From NCBI GenBank assembly GCA_048881705.1, contig JBHLSH010000046.1, forward strand, positions 1-31,404: DNA of 31,404 nucleotides, given 5' to 3'. Positions 27,250 through 31,404 of this stretch are shown piece after piece. The notes beneath the pieces were generated by a model. The model was not told the DNA's origin, did not search any database, and worked only from the letters and a program-made list of their open reading frames with translations. Each line of letters begins with the position of its first letter. The stretch's first letter is position 1. Source of the stretch: Candidatus Heimdallarchaeota archaeon (lineage in GTDB: Archaea > Asgardarchaeota > Heimdallarchaeia > Hodarchaeales > Hodarchaeaceae). The position numbers were made by a program, and so were the translations under genes.

Positions 27250-27952
27250 CAAATCGGACAGCTCAGAACATCCTGTTATTGAATTGAAAGCAGTCAGTCA
27301 ACGCTATGTTGTCGGACAACATACAATTGACGCTTTAAATAATGTTACGATGAGAGTGCACCATAACGAGTTTATTATGGTTATGGGACCGTCAGGATCG
27401 GGAAAATCAACCTTGATTAACGTTTTGGCAGGGTTAGAGAGCCCTTCTGCGGGAGTTGTCCAAATTGATGCAGAGGATTTGGCCACTCTTAGTGACAAAG
27501 AGAAAGCAATGCTTCGACGACATAAGCTCGGGTTTATATTCCAATTCTTTAATCTGCACCCAGTGCTAAGTGCTCAAGAAAACATAGAGCTCCCCATGTT
27601 GATAGCAGGGATTAAACGGAGGCAACGGGAAGTTCGAGCGATAGAGCTGCTTGAATTGGTAAAATTGATAGGTCGGAAGGATCATTTTCCGCATGAACTT
27701 TCTGGGGGAGAAAAACAAAGGGTTGGCATTGCTAGAGCCCTTGCAAACGATCCGGAAATCATTCTGGCGGACGAGCCAACAGGAGACTTGGATTCGGTAG
27801 CTGGTCAAGAAATAATCCATCTCCTTCTACAATTGAATAGAAAGCATAAAAAGACAGTTATATGTGTGACTCACGACGAAGAGATTTTAGAATCGGGAAT
27901 GCGCTTGGTTAAAATGGAGGATGGCCGTATTGTCGATGATGCGTATCTCTAA
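27209..27952 (+). CDS. ABC transporter ATP-binding protein (LolD/MacB-type)
   Basis: [28 protein letters not shown] and VTHD. The true start is probably at or after the GTG at 27233. Confidence 0.93.
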   Translation: MRQSSLSEVIYLISKSDSSEHPVIELKAVSQRYVVGQHTIDALNNVTMRVHHNEFIMVMGPSGSGKSTLINVLAGLESPSAGVVQIDAEDLATLSDKEKAMLRRHKLGFIFQFFNLHPVLSAQENIELPMLIAGIKRRQREVRAIELLELVKLIGRKDHFPHELSGGEKQRVGIARALANDPEIILADEPTGDLDSVAGQEIIHLLLQLNRKHKKTVICVTHDEEILESGMRLVKMEDGRIVDDAYL

Positions 27953-28080
27953 ATACGAAATTAGGACCTTTTTATGTGTATAAAAGTTCATAGCTCAGAT
28001 TTTTCTTTTGAGGTTTGAGAAAGATTAGGTTTTTCAAAGCGTAAACTGCGGTTCCCTCAGAAAGAATCAAACATCGATTT

Positions 28081-30024
28081 TTGGAGATTTCCCCCTTGCG
28101 TTTAACGGAGATTTTTTCATTTTCACTACTACTACTCATTTTCTCCACAGGTTGGATGATCAGTACATCGCTTTCTGCAACCTATGTCCATGTTTCTCAG
28201 AACGAGGATTTATCATCCTGGAATTCCTTGGAATCTAAAAAATCCGTATCGCCCACGAATTCGATTAGATCACATTTCGATGAAGAAGAGGCTTCAAAGG
28301 ATTCTCGCAGCTCAGTAGACAGGGTAAATGAACCATTAGCGACCACAAGAACGTTCTGGGTAAGAGATGTGTCCTCCTCAGGTACTAATTTCTATATTAT
28401 AAACGCCACTCTTTATAAAGTGGGGACTAATGCTCTTTACTATTCAAACCTAACTTTGACTCAGTTACCCATGTCAATCATCAACAATATGAACGATTCG
28501 TTTGAGACGGTAATCTACCCGGAACTAACATCTTTCTTTGGTGCACCATCAGACGTTGATACCAATAACAAGATAATCATTCTGATTTTCGACATCATTG
28601 ACGGTTCAGGCGGAGGGGGAAGTTACGTGGCCGGATTCTTCGATCCACACCATCAACAAATCGGGCCAAAATCAAATAATGCGGAGATTCTCCATATTGA
28701 TGGAGTCGAAGGCAAAACCAATCTTCAATCGGGCAATTTCGATGTTATCGCGCATGAATTTCAACATCTTATTCACTATTTCAAAGATAACGACGAGGAC
28801 GTTTGGCTGGATGAAGGCGCTTCCATGTTCTCCGAATACCTTATAGGATTAAATCCATTTGCTAATTTAAATCCCTACAAAGGTGGAACATATGGATTTC
28901 AATCAAATCCAGACATATCATTGACCCATTGGTACTATGATGATTTCAATCGAGTACTAGGGAATTACGGGGCCTCCTTTGCGTTTTTCCTCTATCTGTC
29001 TGAGCATTACGGAGGAGCCCCAATCATTAAGGAGATTGTTCAAAGAACGATGAATGGTACAAAAAGCATAGAGGATGCACTTGTAAATAAGGGGTATTCT
29101 GTGAATTTCAGAGAGGTTTTCCGGAATTGGACCATTGCTAACTTAATAGATAATACCAGCTTGGGAAATGGAGCGTATGGATACACTGATATTGATCTCT
29201 CAATGAGAATTGATGGCCCCTTTATTTCTACCATGCCAATTCAAAGAACTGAAAATGCCGTTCCCTTCTGGGGAACACATTACCTCCAATTTAGCCACGA
29301 TCCTAACATACCATTTGAACTCGAATTTCAGGGGATAGACGATGCTGGATATTTAGTAACCGCTGTTGTAAAGAATTCCAGCGCGCCTGACTCAGCAACA
29401 GCAATAATTCCTGTTGCTATTGCTTCTGATGGCACGGGAAGCTTTCATGCTGGTGATTTCAATTTATCATCGGACACTTACACGTTTATCGTTAGTTCCT
29501 TCACAAAACCAGGAACACCAGATCACGATAACGAAAATCCTGCTCCAGGCCAAGGGTATTGGTATATGGTGAATCCTGAAGGAATTTTCATAAGTCTGGG
29601 TAATTATGACCTTTTTATTCAAGATGGGAGATTAAACCTCTGGAATGTCACTGTATCCGATAGTAACGGGTATGAATGGTCAGATGCAGACGGAAGAACA
29701 TTTGAAATAGTAAATTCTACTGGAATTTCAACAGGGATTAAAGGAAACCTTACCTACAACACTGCGGAGGGATTTTGGGAGGCTTTAAATATCGATGTAA
29801 CAGATCTGACGGCAGGGGACTATAAAATTAAGTATCACTTCTATAATGATACTTCTAGCGGAATTGGCTATTCAGAAATCTTTACGATAGGTGGAAATAC
29901 ATCCTCGGCAGGATCCACGACAACAACGGCTGTAATCGGCATTCCTGCTCCTAGCTTTCTGATAGCATTAGGAATATTGGCCTTAGCTGTTCGGATTTTG
30001 TCTGCAAGACGGAAGAACGAGTAA
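28081..30024 (+). CDS. Secreted, C-terminally anchored HExxH zinc metallopeptidase (M30/M6-like)
   Basis: Hydrophobic signal region, YVAGFF, AHEFQHLIH and WLDEGAS. Many NxS/T sequons. Ends with an S/T-rich linker, a hydrophobic helix and a basic tail (RRKNE). Confidence 0.88.
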   Translation: MEISPLRLTEIFSFSLLLLIFSTGWMISTSLSATYVHVSQNEDLSSWNSLESKKSVSPTNSIRSHFDEEEASKDSRSSVDRVNEPLATTRTFWVRDVSSSGTNFYIINATLYKVGTNALYYSNLTLTQLPMSIINNMNDSFETVIYPELTSFFGAPSDVDTNNKIIILIFDIIDGSGGGGSYVAGFFDPHHQQIGPKSNNAEILHIDGVEGKTNLQSGNFDVIAHEFQHLIHYFKDNDEDVWLDEGASMFSEYLIGLNPFANLNPYKGGTYGFQSNPDISLTHWYYDDFNRVLGNYGASFAFFLYLSEHYGGAPIIKEIVQRTMNGTKSIEDALVNKGYSVNFREVFRNWTIANLIDNTSLGNGAYGYTDIDLSMRIDGPFISTMPIQRTENAVPFWGTHYLQFSHDPNIPFELEFQGIDDAGYLVTAVVKNSSAPDSATAIIPVAIASDGTGSFHAGDFNLSSDTYTFIVSSFTKPGTPDHDNENPAPGQGYWYMVNPEGIFISLGNYDLFIQDGRLNLWNVTVSDSNGYEWSDADGRTFEIVNSTGISTGIKGNLTYNTAEGFWEALNIDVTDLTAGDYKIKYHFYNDTSSGIGYSEIFTIGGNTSSAGSTTTTAVIGIPAPSFLIALGILALAVRILSARRKNE

Positions 30025-30036
30025 GATATTCCATTT

Positions 30037-31206
30037 CTATCTTAACTGGGAAATGGGCATCAGTCTTTCATTTACAAAAGATTCTAGTTCCCTTTTTTTC
30101 TCCTTTATTTGAGAAATAACATCTGATGAATGTTCATGAAAAACGCTAAGGACAACTCTAGACCTTTTAGCGGTTTTTTCAAGTTCCCACCTCCCAATTA
30201 TCATGTTGTTTAACCATATCGAAGGCCTTATCTCCCCACTTGTATTTGGCCCAGTGGAAACTGTCGGTTCGGGCTTTTCAGGCCAAAAACTTTTGGCGGA
30301 TCGAGGAAACACTTTTTCCTGGTCACCCTCTAAGATGTACCATGAACGATCATGGTAAGCTTTGGGGAAATGATCTTCGTAAGGCAGGAAATTAACCACA
30401 GGTTTCTCCGGCGTATCTACAGAGGATGCTGCCTCATTATCGTTTTGTGCGATATAGTATGGCTTTCTGGCTATATCTACTCTCGAAATCACCGATTCAA
30501 GGTTTTTAATATGATGTTGAACGCGAGATTTGGATAATGGTAACCACCACGCAATATCAGCCTCGGAAACCGGTCCAAAGACCCCTATATACCTTTCGAT
30601 AATCCTTTCTTCTGCTTCATTAGAAGTGAATTTGTTCAAACCCACCATTGGCACCCAAGTCTTCATAAGAGCGTATGATGTAAGATTACTCTTCGCATGA
30701 TTCGCCGAAGCACGAATAAGCAATCCTTTGGCCATAGCTAGCTTTACTATCCAACTAGTTTCCTGAGATAATTGGGGAAGTAGTTTTCGTAACTGCCTTA
30801 ATGCTAAAGGACCATCTGCGACTAGTTCCAAAATGCTGGTTATCCGTTCCTCAATCTCTTCCTCTGTAAAATCACGTAAAGGGGGAACCCTATATCCTCT
30901 TTTAATAAGATAGGGAGCGGTCGCGTTATGAATTAACGCCAAGTTGTCAGTATGGATGACAAAATTTGTCCCTCTGAAGGCATTAATCCTAACCAGACGA
31001 TCTCCCTTATTGAGTGATTCGAAGATTTCATCGGGCGAATAATCTCCTCTTCGAGCAAAAACAGAAAGGTATGGAGTCCAATAATCAGTTGAATGGAGGC
31101 CTAAGTGATATTTGGTGATCTCATAGAAATCGGGCGCCTCATTGAGGTACAAAAATTGTTTTTTGAGTTGGTTGACCCTAAATAGATTACGCTGTTCCTC
31201 AGACAC
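30037..31206 (-). CDS. AlkZ/YcaQ-like winged-helix DNA glycosylase family protein
   Basis: LGLHSTD..TPYLSVFAR, RINAFRGT, RYIGVFGPVS..DIAWW, FLPYED and IWLN..IIGRW match the family pattern. GTG start. Confidence 0.8.
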   Translation of the reverse strand: MSEEQRNLFRVNQLKKQFLYLNEAPDFYEITKYHLGLHSTDYWTPYLSVFARRGDYSPDEIFESLNKGDRLVRINAFRGTNFVIHTDNLALIHNATAPYLIKRGYRVPPLRDFTEEEIEERITSILELVADGPLALRQLRKLLPQLSQETSWIVKLAMAKGLLIRASANHAKSNLTSYALMKTWVPMVGLNKFTSNEAEERIIERYIGVFGPVSEADIAWWLPLSKSRVQHHIKNLESVISRVDIARKPYYIAQNDNEAASSVDTPEKPVVNFLPYEDHFPKAYHDRSWYILEGDQEKVFPRSAKSFWPEKPEPTVSTGPNTSGEIRPSIWLNNMIIGRWELEKTAKRSRVVLSVFHEHSSDVISQIKEKKRELESFVNERLMPISQLR

Positions 31207-31227
31207 CTAATCAGACCAATCCTAGTG

Positions 31228-31404
31228 TCAAGAAACTTCAACTTGAATGACTATGGCAGCGGCGGAGTCCCCTGCCGAACATCCTGCAAATAGTCCATAC
31301 CCTCCTTTTTTCATTACCAGTTCCTCTATCAGTTCAATTGTTAATCTCATACCTGTTGGGCCTTGGGGATGTCCCCAAACCAAGGAGGAACCGTAGTTAT
31401 TAAC
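31228..31404 (-). CDS. Thiolase-family protein, C-terminal 58 aa (5' end outside window; not in ORF track)
   Basis: Manual translation: VNNYGSSLVWGHPQGPTGMRLTIELIEEL...GGYGLFAGCSAGDSAAAIVIQVEVS*. This contains the thiolase NxxG, GHP and C-terminal catalytic-Cys region. Confidence 0.85.
   Translation of the reverse strand, partial: VNNYGSSLVWGHPQGPTGMRLTIELIEELVMKKGGYGLFAGCSAGDSAAAIVIQVEVS

Noticed and set aside
6346-30537. Remaining short ORFs nested in longer genes (6346, 7715, 7947, 15141, 17197, 18225, 18565, 20571, 20590, 23638, 24464, 24935, 25156, 25505, 25570, 25869, 26412, 26594, 27304, 27566, 28598, 29040, 30352)
   Set aside because: All lie within well-supported longer CDSs in another frame or strand and show no independent coding signal.

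Overview
Gene-dense archaeal chromosomal window with no rRNA, tRNA, CRISPR array or mobile element detected by eye. The gene content points to an Asgard archaeon, possibly Heimdallarchaeia/Hodarchaeales (inference). It includes four Rag/Gtr-like GTPases, one degenerate GTPase-roadblock protein, one Rab-like GTPase, archaeal/eukaryote-type TrpRS, ABCE1 and MEMO1. One Rag-like gene (1..1187, minus strand) and a thiolase C-terminus (31228..31404, minus strand) run off the window edges and are missing from the ORF track. Three observations stand out. (1) A same-strand cluster at 14983-20103 encodes a Rag-like GTPase, a pseudo-GTPase-roadblock protein, a putative longin/uDENN-gelsolin fusion, a second Rag-like GTPase and a site-2 protease. 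(2) A receptor-like protein (2355-4472) has a signal peptide, a 7-bladed WD40 propeller, Ca-binding DxDxDG repeats, one TM helix and a cytoplasmic winged-helix plus RING-like zinc finger. (3) Several genes look like pseudoenzymes (a PfkB kinase, a GTPase, a YdjM paralog). The rest is metabolism and transport: FrhB-family protein, MFS transporter, MacB/FtsX-type ABC system with two ATPases, secreted HExxH peptidase and AlkZ-like protein. All family assignments come from motif recognition, not database searches.
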